62,338 nucleotides of DNA, filler included, from Diploschistes diacapsis (GCA_023645945.1; 8 parts of 8 records of this genome joined end to end with filler, not necessarily neighbours in it); one strand, 5' to 3'; positions 37,856 through 51,283 are shown, counted from the whole stretch's first letter. Notes: generated by a model not told the origin, from the letters alone. Translations and numbers: made by a program.

Positions 37856-38858
37856 TCAAACATCGATCCCTTCGACCGTGACGCCCTTATTCCAGCTGTA
37901 CTGCATCACACGGGCCACCTCCTCGGCGGACTCGGTCGACACCATGGCGCCGACAAGATACAGCGCGGCGTCCAAGCCGGCCGAGATGGCGCCGGCGGTG
38001 ATCAGGCGGGCGCCACCGAGCTTCATGCTGGAGCGGCGCAGCACGCTCTCCCTGCGGCGGCCCTCCTTCCACGCGTTGCTGCCCTTGCGCGCGATGCTCT
38101 TCCGGCGCGCGTCCGGCCTCTTGCGCAGGATGAAGGGGTTCTCGTCCTCGTTCTCGCCCAGGTCGAAGCGCGCGTTGTTGACCACGTACCGCTCCTCCAT
38201 GACGTCCGTCTGCTCCAGGTCGCCGCGCCGCGCCGCCTCCTGGCACGCGATCTCGAACTTGGTGTAGTAGTCCGGGTGCGTGGTTGCCGCGAGGCCCTGC
38301 AGGATGCCCTGCTGCGCGAGGAGGAAGGAGCCGGTGGAGATGGTCATCAGCGTGCGTTCTTTGGACGGGTCCTTTTGCTGCAGCTCGATGAAGGCTTTGA
38401 TCAGGCTCATGGGCTCGAGGCTGTCCTTCAGCACCGCATCGTGGTTGCCGCCGGGCACGATCAGGATGTCGAAGTCGGAGAGATCTTCGAGGGCGTCTGG
38501 GCTTGGTCAGCTGGGAAGTATCCGATGGTGCTTTTTCTTTTGTTTGGGGGGGAGGGGGATGGAGTAACCTTCGTAGTCCATGTGTGCACGGAAGCTAGCG
38601 CCTTGGGAGGATACGGTGTGCTCCGAGGCGGAGACGAACTGGCATTTGAAAGCCTTGGAGCCTGTGCCGATGGGGTTACCATGTATTCGCATATGTGCAA
38701 ACAGAATCTGATATACTGGGGTCCTTGACGTTGTGCCTAGCCCAATTCAACACCTCCAATGGCCCGGCGAAGTCCAGTGTGTCGAAACCAGTGTAGAGGC
38801 AGAAGAGGACGTGGATTACTGGAGTTGGACCCTCGGGTCCGTCTGCAATTGCACTCAT
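37856..38858 (-). CDS. DJ-1/PfpI (ThiJ, isocyanide-hydratase-like) family protein
   Basis: Three exons: GFDTLDFAGPLEVL, DFDILIVPGG, LMTISTGSFLLAQQGILQGLAATTH, ITAGAISAGLDAALYLV..AEEVARVMQYSW. Confidence 0.92.
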
Positions 38859-40179
38859 CTTGGTGGCTTGAACGTAATGTAGGTAATGTAAAGTCCAGGG
38901 AGGAAGATAAAGAGATGGATATGTCAGAAGTCAGCACATTGAGATCCAAAAAGCTTTGCGGTGAGGAGGGGCACCACAAGAGCTGTCAATCTGGTTCCAG
39001 GGTCTTTACCCCGGATTTCCCCGCAGAAAGTTGCAAATGGCTTTCGGAGAATCTTTGTTCCTGATACCCCCTTGTTCTCATGGAAAGTTCCGAATTCCAT
39101 CAACCCAAAAGATGAAACCAATGTTCTGGCTGTCGAGACCTTGATACAAAGTCGGAAGAGCCGTATGGTCCTTCTCTCTCCCATCGTGTCAGTTCTCCAA
39201 ATAGATCAGTGTGAGGGCCACGTTTCAGGTTTTTGCTGTTTTACGCAGGCAATGCTCTCTCCTGCTTCGGGACTAGTCTACACCATGTATTGAAAATGGG
39301 TGGCGGTTTTTCGGCTGCTCTGTTTTAAAACGAACTGCTATTATTTACATTATTTACATGAAGCTATTCTGTTCCTAGTGGCTCAGGAGGCTCAATGCCA
39401 AGGCCCTTGAGCCTCGGAGTGGATTAAACCACGTCCCGTCTTGGCACAAGGATCTTAGATTCTCAACTGGTAAAGGCTCTGCACGTTACTTCAACTACAT
39501 TCGACATTCGGGACTAATATACACCGACGACTACATCTGCTTTGTTATCAGCAATACCTCTGTAATTGAAATCTACGCTCCCAAATCTACGACGTTTGTT
39601 GCGGAGCCTACAGTCTTTACATGCGTGTGCCGTATACACTATGACTGAGGCGATATCAGGCTCTGCAACACCGACCACGAGCATCGAGCAAGGCCATTAT
39701 TATGCTGCAAGAGTTGGGCTTGACACTAATACTGAGGCTTGCTGCTGCTCCGCGGGAGCGCGCATACGGGTAATATATGCATTGCACAGCAAGCGGCGAG
39801 GAGAGCGAATGATAGGGGGCAAGGCATCGTGAGCTCACATGGCAACAGCGCGACGCCAGCAGCTCTTAATAGCTTCAATTCTACCTACAGGTTACTCGGA
39901 TTGGATTGCTTGGGGTTTCCGATTGGCTTATTAGGCTTACCGCCAACCCTGCCAAGGGAGCCTCACTTTGTACTCCCGTCATTCTTGGGGAAAGTGAAAG
40001 CAATTAATACGTTCAGCCGCAGCCCCCAAAGGTTTTGAAATCTGGGAAGAGGCGGTTGATGGGCTCCGTCGATGTAGAAAGCTGTTGAATCCCCAATAAA
40101 GCCATCAGAAGTCACCAAATAGACCGGCAACCGGTCCGAATACTTTGTCAGTTTCCTCAACTCCCACAGTGGAGCCAAC

Positions 40180-41130
40180 TATGAGGATCCAGACCTCCAT
40201 GCGCTAAGGACATTGAATGGTCAGCCCTTCCTTCCGGAAGACAACATTGATGCCTTCCATTATCGTAGTGACGAAGAAAGCAGGAAGACTAGGATTGACC
40301 GAGTGTTAAAACGACAACACCTACTGCATTAGAGGATAGGAAGTGGCTTATGGAAAATGAAAGAGCTGCAAATTCAACTCATTGCGATACGTCCATAATA
40401 CTGTCCCCGCGGCCATATTCCAGAGCTAAAACCCTTGTCCCAGCGAGCTTAATGCCAACTGTTGATCATTTGGCCGAAATTCCAAGGGTTTTCCGTGATC
40501 TGTCTCCTCAACACATCCATTCATAATTTGCATCTTTCCAAACCTTGCATTCGTCTTAATACGTTGGATTGTGTAGATTCTGGAGATACCCAATCATCCA
40601 ATCTGGAAGTTACCAGGGGAGAGCCTGGTGCATGAAGCTTGGAATTAGAGGATACAAATCCCGCATGAGCGACCGCAAGGTGATCTCCCCCATCCCGTTG
40701 CTGATAATATCTAGCCAGCCATGAACGCTTCGTGAACACCGCGGAGATTCCACACATCAACCGTGCCTGCTGATTGGCTGCATGATGTTGCGGAGCAAAA
40801 ATCGAGCCAGCTCTAGCATGGTCAACTCCAGAGTTATCGCTATGAAGCTGTTGGTTTTGTTGTTCGGAACAGTTCTCTGTTGTCATCCAAGATACGTCCT
40901 GACAATGAGACGTTTTTCTCAAGTATGTGTGGATTTTGGTAATATTCTGCTGCTGAACGGACCGCGTCAGGCACTGAAATCAGTTTAGGATACCAAACAA
41001 CGCTGAACCTGGTGGATGAACTCAGAGAACTGAAGGCTAGACATAACAATTTTGCTGAAGAACCCTTTGGAATGGATTACAGACAGGATTTCTAGAAAAA
41101 TAATCTATTCGGCCCTCGAACGTAATCTTT
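40180..41130 (+). pseudogene. Possible decayed accessory gene of unknown family
   Basis: Protein-like stretches in shifting frames (NYEDPDLHALRTLNGQPFLPEDNIDAF; LGYQTTLNLVDELRELKARHNNFAEEPF) interrupted by stops. Confidence 0.3.
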
Positions 41131-41209
41131 GAGCCAATCCAACTCAAATCTTCAGGAAGCTGTACATTGTAACGTATTCCCTAGTCCGGCTGAACTGAAG
41201 AGGCTCAGT

Positions 41210-42400
41210 TCAAAGGTTCATTTGCGCCCCAATCTTTGAGATGATAGACCTTGAAATGTCGAGAATCTTTCCCTGACGACAAGGGCATTCGAACACAAAG
41301 TTATCTTGTACCAACATTGTGGACCAGAGACTTCTCAATGATTGTTTTGTCAATGCTTCGGAGGCTGCATTGGTTTGCCTCTTTTCCGTTTTTTGTGATT
41401 TTCTGTCTCCTCCGTCAGTCTTTTTAAGATAAGAGGACTGATATGCAATCCAACTTCTAAAGCTTTGTGCTCTGGTCCCAATGTTTTCCAAGGCTGCTGA
41501 CTGCGATTCCTAGACCGTATCGAAGTCTTCCTGAAAGTGGTCGCTGTTGCCAGTATCCAAAGATACAATCAGCGAGTCGAAGCTTGGTCGGATGGTGTTG
41601 CATGTAACAAAGTCAACTCCAGCCAACAACCCCTGCTTTAGTGTTATGGTGGCGTGTAAGCAACCGGCTGCAAGGTAGACGACTTCCTCCGATGTGATGG
41701 CCATCATCAAGCATCCTTCCAACAGCGGCAGTATTCGATAAATGCGCCTAATCTCATGAGCGTGAGTCCTGAAGGTTTGGCAATCTTTTAGCGTGAGCGG
41801 CAAAGCAGCCATAACATGACGCACCTGCAATTAGAGCAGATAAGCCTTCCCAGCCCGCCGTCGATATGGAAATCAACCACAGCACCTGCACTTACCTAGT
41901 TCCCTTACCTGCTTCTCCTAGGCACATGTATTTCGCGGCTTGCTAAGAAATTCAGTTACGGTCCGATGGATGGGCCATGTTCAAGATGACAGCGTACGAG
42001 TTGGGAACAGAGATTAATATTCTTCCATGGATTTACGTATAAGTATAAGGAAGGCTTCGGCATTTGACGCTCGTTTGGCTCGAACAAAACAGCGTGGGTC
42101 GCATCCATCCCGCAAGCTATTCAGAGCATCCTGAACATTTGGAAGTTGCTGGGTCGCTTGTTCCCACCCCAGTATTCCTTCGCAGGAAACAACTAAAACA
42201 GATCAGGTGCACCTGCGCTCCATAACCTTTCAAGGTTCGGATTGGCTGAAAGATTCCGTAGCACTAGACAAGTTTCGACGGATTAAGCTGGCCAGGCTTT
42301 CGGTCTCATCATGCAGTATATGCGAATACTCATCCAAGGCGGCGGCAATACTGTGAATCGTCTATCCCTTATCGGATCCTGAATGGGAAGAAACCCCCAA
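41210..42400 (-). pseudogene. Decayed JmjC-like (cupin dioxygenase) gene
   Basis: GAVVDFHIDGG (HxD) near 41885-41853 and VVYLAAGCLHATITLKQGLLAG (distal His) near 41685-41620, separated by frame breaks; upstream ORF 42414-42959 may belong to it. Confidence 0.6.
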
Positions 42401-43695
42401 TCTGTTACTCTCATCAGGACTGTGTTGTCCGGAGAGAGTGTGCTGGCTGTAAAGAACCCACGATAGACAAGGGTCTGTAGCTATAGCCTTTTAAGTGACT
42501 CATTGATCTCTTCAAGATCTCCGCCTTGGACTTTGGCGATATTTCTACCCCAACGCTCGTTCGTTGCCTCAAAACCAAGTGGAGCTCTCGACCGTAGCAT
42601 TTGATTATGGCGGTCTTGAGAACCACGAAAATAACTGCGACAAACAGCCCTTGGTCTCTCTCGACGAAGGCGGTATAGAAGCTGCAAAGAAGGTTTCGTC
42701 TCCAGGTTTCTTCGCCATTGTAGAGACCAAATTTCCTTTCCAGATGTCCAATAGGGCTATTTATTTTTTGCTGCTCAGCTCCCTGTTCTTGACCTCGAAG
42801 TGCTCCAAGCTTCCAAGTAGTTTTGTGTAGCCGAATTTCATCTGCAACCATGACCTGCGTACAGATTTGGAGTGGTAAAGTGGTGGGGTGGTGAAGTAGT
42901 GGAGTGGCGGAGGGATGAATTGGTGAAATGGTGAAGCCGTGAGCCAATTCCCTAACCAAGGTCGAGTTATAATATTTAGCTTCTTTGGCACAGTTATGCA
43001 GCGCTTTTCAATCTCCTTACCTTAGACACCGACGCCTACTTCACTTTCGGAGTAAAATCCTGAGCCCTTCCTCCACTTCTTAGCCTGTCTCGACCCGGCA
43101 TCATTCATCACCTATGTTTACGTAGTGAAATTTCACTTTGTACCGCAGCAGGACGTCTGGAGGTTGCGGACCTCTAGAAGCCGCTGCGATTACTAAGATC
43201 TCCTCTTAGGCGCTGTTGGAGGTCTACTATCGCGTTGGATGCTTGAAGATGGGTTGTACGAGCAGGAAGACGTTGCTCAACAGTAAGGTATTTGTGAATA
43301 ATTTAATTTGACGCTAGATCTTTGGCGATTCTGTTGGTTCTAACGTGGATTAGGGGGGGGGAGATTTTGGAAGCTGGGCCGATCGATTCGCCAACTACAA
43401 AGTCATCCATCCGCTTTACAACATACACATACTGACTGTGACATACTGTGGCAAGCCAAATACGGTGCATTGATTTACGAATATTTACATTTTATGGAAG
43501 ATGGATTGGCCGCTTGCATCGCCGATCCTTCGCCACTGGACTTCCAGGCTGAATCAGCATTTATACTATGACCATTATTCGACAAAATCTGCCTTGCAAG
43601 GCAGTTGGCCGAGATAGCAGCCTGACATCAATGAATATATGAGACTTGATTTTAGCCAGACTTAATTCGCCTCCCTTCTACCACATCAGAGCAAC

Positions 43696-46600
43696 ATGAC
43701 CACAGGAATAAGAAGCTCAGAATTTCTACGGCCCACCATCGGTGAAAAACGGCCAGTGGCGGCTAATCTCCCAGATAGTGGTCAGGACACCAAGCGGCTT
43801 TGTGGGGAGCAAACAGAACTTACCGGAGAGTCTTTAGAGTGTGAGCCTGAAGCTGGACCAAATGTGGCAAGGCAGGCCTCATGGAATCCAGGTCCGAGTT
43901 TCGGGTCTGATATATTTTCAGAAACGAGTTTCCAAGACTTCGGGGTCCTCCCCACTGGAGACCACAACATGCAGTGTGGACCGCTTGAAAATATACAACG
44001 GGAAACATTAAGAGAACCTTTCAGTGATTCGATTGTTGCAAGTTCTCAGCCAGTCCAACTTGGAAATAGATTAGGCTCAGGCAAGATTCCAGCTTCAAAA
44101 TAATAATATCATGTTACTGACTGTACAGAAGGACCTTATGATGTTGTTGATGGCATGGTCCTTCCACGAATTGTATCTGACGAGGCCAGTATGGAATACG
44201 ATACTTGCTTTGGAGTGGTAAGTCTTCTGGACCTTGTCTACAGTATATATTGATGCAAGGAAGATCATATTGACTGCAACATATTCTTTTACCTGTGTCA
44301 AGGGTACTAAGGTTGCACCGTTGTATGTTAAGGCTTCTGGCAACTTCCTCAAGCTCTATTTCCAAGATTCAAATAAGTACGCTGGAGTATTGGTTTCGCC
44401 GGTGCTGTGTAGACTTACTAAAGACTTTACAATTCAATTGGAAGCAACGTTGAGGGCCCCAGAATCTCAGCCAGAGCTCATATCCAACAGAGGAACGCCA
44501 AAGTCTTTGGAATGTCCGACTCGGATAGCCGTGTATGGTGTGGCAGGAGAAAAGTTGGCCGTTGGGAATGCTCTTTCGAATGCTGACTTATTTCTTCAAC
44601 ATCCATCGGAAACAGAATGCTCCGGACATGTTATATATTCTAATCCACACTATCTCCTGCGACCAGGCTCACAGATACCGAAGTTAAAGGATTTATGTCT
44701 GACAGCAGATGATTATAACTCCCTTTCATCAAAAGAGCTGGATGCAGTCGGTGCAGCTCGTTATCGTCGGCTCTTCGACTATGCGGCGTCAGACGAAATT
44801 AAAGTCGTAACGAATTTTGGACCCAGTTCTCGTTTACGTTCGACGCTGATGGCGTAGGTGTTCTGGATGTTATTACCAGAACCTTAGTGACAACAGGCAG
44901 GCACCAACTCACAGCTCTCTCCATGATGGCAGAAAGGGAGTTTGGCGCTGATGGACACCCGAGGTTTCCAACACTATGGGCCCCAACGGCCGATACACAA
45001 TCATCTATCAAGTATTGTTCTAGAGCATAGTTGTTTCAAGTAATAGGCTAATAGACCTCTACACAGATATCGCCATATCGTTACTGGAGCTCTCGAGCAT
45101 GAGCCGGTCTCGGTTCTCGGTGGAATCCTTGCTGATGTAGGCATCTCAAACCCGTCTAACGATGCTACAGCGCAAGCTGATACTCTGGCTAGGAAATGGG
45201 CCTCGGGAAAACATTGAGCGTTCTAGCATTAATATGCTCCTCTATTGATCAGTTGAACAATCAAGGCACACAATACCAAGGCTCGGTTTCTCGAAGTACC
45301 CTGATAGTTTCTCCGAAGTCAAGTAAAGTTCATCGTCTGATTGAAGTTAAAATTGTCTGTAACTAACAATTTCTAGTAATAGTTGGATGGCAAGACCAAA
45401 TTTCCAAGTATAGCAGCCCCCAAATAAAATTAGTTCATACTTGACTGATTACCCAGACACATTTTCTCCGGTCAGATCGAGTCTTGCGTGTACCACGGCT
45501 CCAGCCGGGAAGGGTTAGCAGCGCGATTTCAAGATTACGATATTGTCTTGACCACCTACGAGACGCTTCGATCAGAGTGGGAAAATAGCGGTCCTCTCCT
45601 CTCAAATAAATGGCTTAGGATTATATTGGACGAAGGTAAGCAACCCAGTTCAGAAGAACTGCGTTCCCCTGCGAGTCCGTGCGTCCGCTAACAAGGAGCC
45701 AGCACATCACATCCGTAACCGCTCCTCCAAGGTCTTTAAGTCCACCCTTGAAATTCAAGCTCGGTATCGGTGGTGTCTCACAGGAACGCCAATCCACAAC
45801 TCCCTCGATGACTATGGTGCTTTGCTGACTTTCGTTGGTGTCGAGCCTTTCAATGACAAATCTATGTTTGATTACTGGATTGCAACGCCAATCAAGGAGA
45901 AGAGGCCTCACAGTCTACACAGACTCAAGGACCTCGTGAAGGCTACGTGCCTTCGGCGGACCAAGAAATCTCCGATCGTGTCTCTTAATCTTGCAAAGCC
46001 TGTCGAAAAGATCGAATACGTTAGGCTTCAAACAGACGATCAGAAGCTCTACGATTTTTTTAAGAAGAAGACAGCCGATGTTGCAGCTAGAGTTGACCAA
46101 AACGGAGAGAGGATGCCCAGAACCCGAAAATCCCAAGAAGGAAACATCCTGGCGCTAATGAGTATCCTGCGGCTCATCTGTAACCACGGCAAAGAGCTTC
46201 TTCCGTCAGCTGCCTTGGCTCTTTGGACAGGGTCAGACAAGCGGTCGCTTAACAGGCAAATGATGAATGTTTCCCCAGAAACCTGCGAGGTGTGCGGAGA
46301 AGACCTTAAAGATTCTGAATCGAAGTCTTCCGAGACTCGCCATGTTCGACACATATGTTTGGCCTGTGCTCCTTTGAATGAGCCAATCGAGGAAGCCCAG
46401 ACAGATATCCCATTGCAAAAAGGAAGAGAAATCGCCACTGGCAGATATAAAACACAGGAGTTGGTGGCAAACGACGTATGCCCATCCGCGAAGGTCAAGT
46501 GTCTCCTCCATAATCTCCGCAAGGAAAAGGGAGATAGTCGAGGAAGCCCAATCAAAAGGTAGGTTATGCTAAGGCGCGGATCCTTCATAATACCACAGCA

Positions 46601-47251
46601 CTGACTTACTTCCAGTGTGTTGTTCAGTTATTGGACCAAGATGCTCGATTTAATTGAGTTGTCGTTACGGAAGCAGGGTTTTGTTTTCCGAAGGATCGAC
46701 GGACAGACAAGCCTTCAGGCCAGGGGTGAGGCATTGAGCCAGTTCAAAGAAGATCCCACATGCACCATTATGCTTGCCAGCATAGGCAGCTGTGGAGAAG
46801 GGTAAGAAATTGATAAGGAGGGCCTCTCGAGTGTTTTTTCCAACTGAAGTTTTTAACAGCGTAGATCTCACGGCTGCCAGTAATGTCCACCTTATTGAAC
46901 CCCACTGGAACCCGGCGATTGAGGCTCAGGCGGTTGATCGAGTGCACCGGAAAGGCCAGACACATCCTGTCACAGTCACAAGATACATTGTTCCTAACTC
47001 GATTGAAACCGTAAGCCGATATTCCTAATGCTCATTGGCCAGGTCTGGGACTGATTCTTTAACAAGTATATACAATGGGTCCAAGCTCAAAAGTGGAAGC
47101 TCATCAATCAGTCTATCGACAACATGGATACAGATGAGCCCGGAAACATTGATGCCGAAAGATGGAAGGTCAGCTATGCTCAACACATTGCACATTATAG
47201 CCCGTGGTAGCTAACAGAGGTCAGATGCTTCAGAGTTATTTAACGGATTGA
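43696..47251 (+). CDS. SNF2-family (Rad5/16-like) helicase/ATPase with degenerate RING-like segment
   Basis: About a dozen exons: YDTCFG, HQLTALSMMAERE, GGILAD|EMGLGKT (motif I), WLRIILDE|AHHIRN (II), WCLTGTPIHNSLDDYG (III), CLRRTK, CEVC..HICLAC, FSYWTKMLDLI, RIDGQ, EPHWNPAIEAQAVDRVHRKGQ (VI); stop 47249-47251. Confidence 0.92.
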
Positions 47252-47368
47252 TAAAGCGGCCCATTACAATGACAACGCTAATCATGGTACCAAGAACAAG
47301 ATGGATGATAGTAAAAACCCCGTGGAAAGTCTAGACGAGCCTATGTATAGGACTCTAATTTGAATGAA

Positions 47369-50300
47369 TCAAGAACCTGAGTCAGCCTGCGCTTCGCGCT
47401 CTTCTCTCTCCTTTTTAGTTTGCACAACCAACTCGTCGAAAGATATGCCCAACCACTTAGATATTCCTTTCGCACCTTTCTTATCCCTGATACTCTGCTT
47501 AGTTCCTTTACACATTGCGTTCGGGTTAGCGCCTGAAAGCAGGAGGAATCTCATCAGCTCAGCAGCCTCAGCCGTAGAGCTGCTTGCAGCATAGTGAAGT
47601 GGTGTCATGTACTTCACACTCCTTCGATGATCTACTTTCGCGCCAGCTTCGATCAAGCACTTTGCAAGTCGTACCGAACAGCACGACCGTGCAACGTGTG
47701 CCAATGCTCTGCCCAGATCTTCTGAATTGAGGGCTTTGATAATGCCTTTATTCTTCCATAAATGATAAACGAGTTGTTCTCTGTGCGGATGGCCTTGTAT
47801 GGATGAAAGATGCCGTGGATCAGTGAAACTGATGGCAACTGAACTCTTTGTCTCAAATCTCGCTCTCTTTAATCTCTCTCTCCCATCTCTCTGTGTCTTA
47901 TATATGCGAAGGTGATACTGGAATTCAAAATCCACATATTTTTCCCACATATCATAGATATCCATTGAGTCTGAACGCAGTACTTCACCAAGAGTGTCAC
48001 TGACTATTGCCCGGGGAATATAGTGATGGTTTGGCACGTTTTGTTGTGCTGGGTCCAAGACTTGTTGAAGAAGATACTCAAAAGTACTGATGTTATTATT
48101 TGTGATTGCAATAGATGGAAGGTCGAACCCATCAAGATAATTCCTCTTAGTCCCCGATTGTAAGAGCAATTTAAGTAGAGCTCCTGACCCAGAGGCAGCG
48201 GTTATCTTCAGAAGTTCAAACTGGATTGGCCAATCAAGAATGACGAATGAGGGTAGCAAAGCCTTAACAGCATCAAAATTGTCCGCCTGGACCAAATCAA
48301 ACAGAAGTGGCTGCACCTCATCCGGGTCTGGCATAAGCACAATTGAATGTTCTTGAGGCTCCCGTCTCTGGTGATACTCGTCCAAGTGATTGTCTCGCAT
48401 CTTTCGTGAGAGGAAGCCTCCGTCTGCATATTCGCACGTCGGAACACTACACTTCCATGGGCGGTCATGGAATTTTTCGTGAGAATTCCTCGTTCGCCTT
48501 TTTCCGAAGCCTAACCGGCAGAAACGACAGTTCACAAAACTGCACTTGAAGGGCCGACTTCCATAATGCCTTCGGATTTGGTGGCAGGAGCAGCTGGTAT
48601 TATGCTCTTGAGCCTTGCAGTCTAACAGTGAATCAACCGTCTTATGGATGAGAAGAGAAGTTTGGGATATCGTTAACGGATCAAGGTTTGTCCATACGGA
48701 TTCTATAATTTCATAAGCCTTATCCGAAAGCTAATCTACTTTCAATTCTTTGTCAACCATACCTTGCATTCTGTATTGAGAGGCTGAGCAAGCCTTGCGA
48801 AAGTGCAATGCTCTAGACGCCATATCGTGAAGCTGGGGCGTCTTATCCTTCAGCGTTGCTAATTTTAAATCAGCCATATCCTCGCCCTTGTCATCGTAGT
48901 TGTAATTAGTTCTATCCGACAATAATACCTCCATTAGACTGATTAAACCGGGTGGTAGCTTATTACGGGTAGACAACTGAACAGAACGCTCCAATAGCTC
49001 GAGCCAATTAGTCGCTGCAAATTTATGCAGGATATATATACCGGCAAGAGTGTTCTCAGTAATCTCTTCGCTAGGTAAATCCAGTTCGTGGTGCTGCTGG
49101 CAGAGATACGCTATACAAGTCATCGTCAGACTAAGCGTTGAATCTGCTTCGCTAATATACCCAGGAATGTTTGGGCTTGACAGATACCTGCATCTCTGTC
49201 AGAGGCGATTTTACTGAGATATTCCGGGTCTTTCACTCACTCTTTCACGGTAAAATGAACGAACTGGATGTATTCATCATCAACCTCGATAATTGGGCCG
49301 CAGATTTTTTGTAGATTAAGATCTGCTAACAGTCGTGCTCCTCCTACTCTGTCGTCGAGCTTGACTGTCAGAGCCTGGCGGACTTCTTGTACCATTAGGG
49401 GAGTGGGCGAGCAAGCAATCCATCCAAGAAGCTTCCGCGCGTGCTCCTTCGAGCGTGGGGGCTGTAGATTGTTTACCCTCAACAGTATCCTAGCGTAGCT
49501 GCTCGAGTCAAATTAGGCTTCCGGGCTGGCGGACAACTTTCCGTGGGTTCTTACGCTGCGTCTAGACTTTCCGGCAGGACATTAAGCTCAACACCAATCT
49601 CATTCATGTCATCCAGATATTCGATACTGTTCAGAATAACTTTGGCGTAAAGAAACATCCCTGTCTTTCGATCAGCATCACTCCATTTGGTTCAAGACAA
49701 TTTGACTATCCAACCTTTTGATTTCGAAGCTAAGGGAGCTAGCCATCCTTCAATGGCTGCCCTTGCCTGCGAGGAAAATTGGCGTTCTTCAAACCAATTC
49801 CTAGTCCAGTGTCGCACAAACATTTGAATACTTCCGGCATTTTGGTTGTCTACACGGATGGATGGGGTTTGGCCACCCAAAAGGCTCTTCAAGTCAGCTT
49901 CGGGTCTACTGCTAATCAATATCCTAACACCTCCACAGCGTTTTAAGATATCTTGCAGATTCTTTACAAGTATGCCCCTTTCGATCTCGTCCATCTCATC
50001 TAGTCCATCGATGACAATATATACTGTACCGGCGTATGCGAGGAGAGAGGATAGAATTTCAAGAGCGATCTTTGTGTTGCTCTTGAAGTTCTTGCGATCC
50101 AGTTGACAGAGGACTATCTGCAAGTTTTCTTCATCGGCAGCTAATTGAAATATCAACGAATGAAGGATGGATAACGCGGATGTGTTACTAGCGTGAGTAT
50201 AGGAAATGAAGGCAAAGAGGCTCCTTCCACGTTCAAGAGCCTTATCCACTGCAATGCCTGCAAGAAAGGTCTTCCCTGTTCGTGCCACTGTAAGAGATGT

Positions 50301-51283
50301 GCCAGAAACTCCAGCAGCACCGAGTTTCACGTACCGGCGCCAGGGATGCCTTGTAGCCACAGCAATCTTCCCGACTCAGAACCATTCAGCCATTTCATAA
50401 AATCCGCATCTTTCAGAAGCCAGTTTCCGGTGCCCACACATGTCCGACTATGCAGCTCATTCAATTTGGCATCGTAAGTCTGAGGAGACATGTCTGTCCT
50501 GATGGTATAAAACTCTTGACATTGATGAGCCTTCTCCGTGCTCTCGAAGTGCGCCAAAGATCTTAACCTGGCTTCGTGCTCTTGCTGGATGTGTTCGAAC
50601 TGCACTTCCTTTCGCATGAGAAGGGTATGCCGTTCGATGTTGGTCGTCACGACCTTGATCTTGTCTCTGTGCTTCGGCCACAACGCTTCGAAGACATATT
50701 TCCAACCTGAGCATGATTGAAAGACATTGATCAGCTGCTTCGTCACCTGCATGCAACGAAAACAAACAAGGTGAGATGCTAACGTACGTGGAAGGCGAAA
50801 GAACCTCAAAGCTACTAAATAAAAGTCCAGTACATCTCTAAAGAAGAGAAGTAACACATCCTTGATCTGGCTGCTCTGCTTGAAAAGCTCAACTGCACGC
50901 TGAAAGTCCGGCAATGCCAGTCCTACTTCGGCCGTCGTATCGACGATGGCATCGAAGGACTTCTTCAACGCGTTGGCGCATTGAAGAAGCAGCACGACCG
51001 GACCCCAGAGGAGCGCCAGTATCTCCGGTTTTGCCTGAATGAAAACGCCTACAGCATCGGCGTACTCGGAAAGGCGCGTGAGGTAGGGCTCGATCTTGGA
51101 TAGGTGGCGGAGATGGCCATTCTTAGCCTGATCCTCCTGAAGCTTGTCCGTGGCATCGTACACCTGCTGAATCGAGGTCGTTCGCAGTATATCGCTGTAG
51201 GTCGCGTCGTCTTGTAGATTTGCTCTGAATTCGTCTATTGCTTTCGAGAATGCAACCTGGCTAGGGTCAAAGGACATGTTCAT
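47369..51283 (-). CDS. NLR-like STAND protein: helical N-terminal domain, NACHT, winged helix, C2H2 zinc fingers, ankyrin repeats
   Basis: Multi-exon; WGPVVLLLQ N-domain, GTGNWLL, WLQGIPGA|GKTFLA (Walker A split by an intron), YIVIDGLDE (Walker B), ILISSRPE, GMFLYAKV, LLGWIACSPTPL, FVHFTVKE, RPFKC..C..H..H and RPWKCSVPTC..H..H fingers, TPLHYAA..LLLSGANPN ankyrin. Confidence 0.9.

Noticed and set aside
39963..40178. HET-domain gene from RKLTKYSDRLP
   Set aside because: Only an 11-residue resemblance with no supporting flanking motifs
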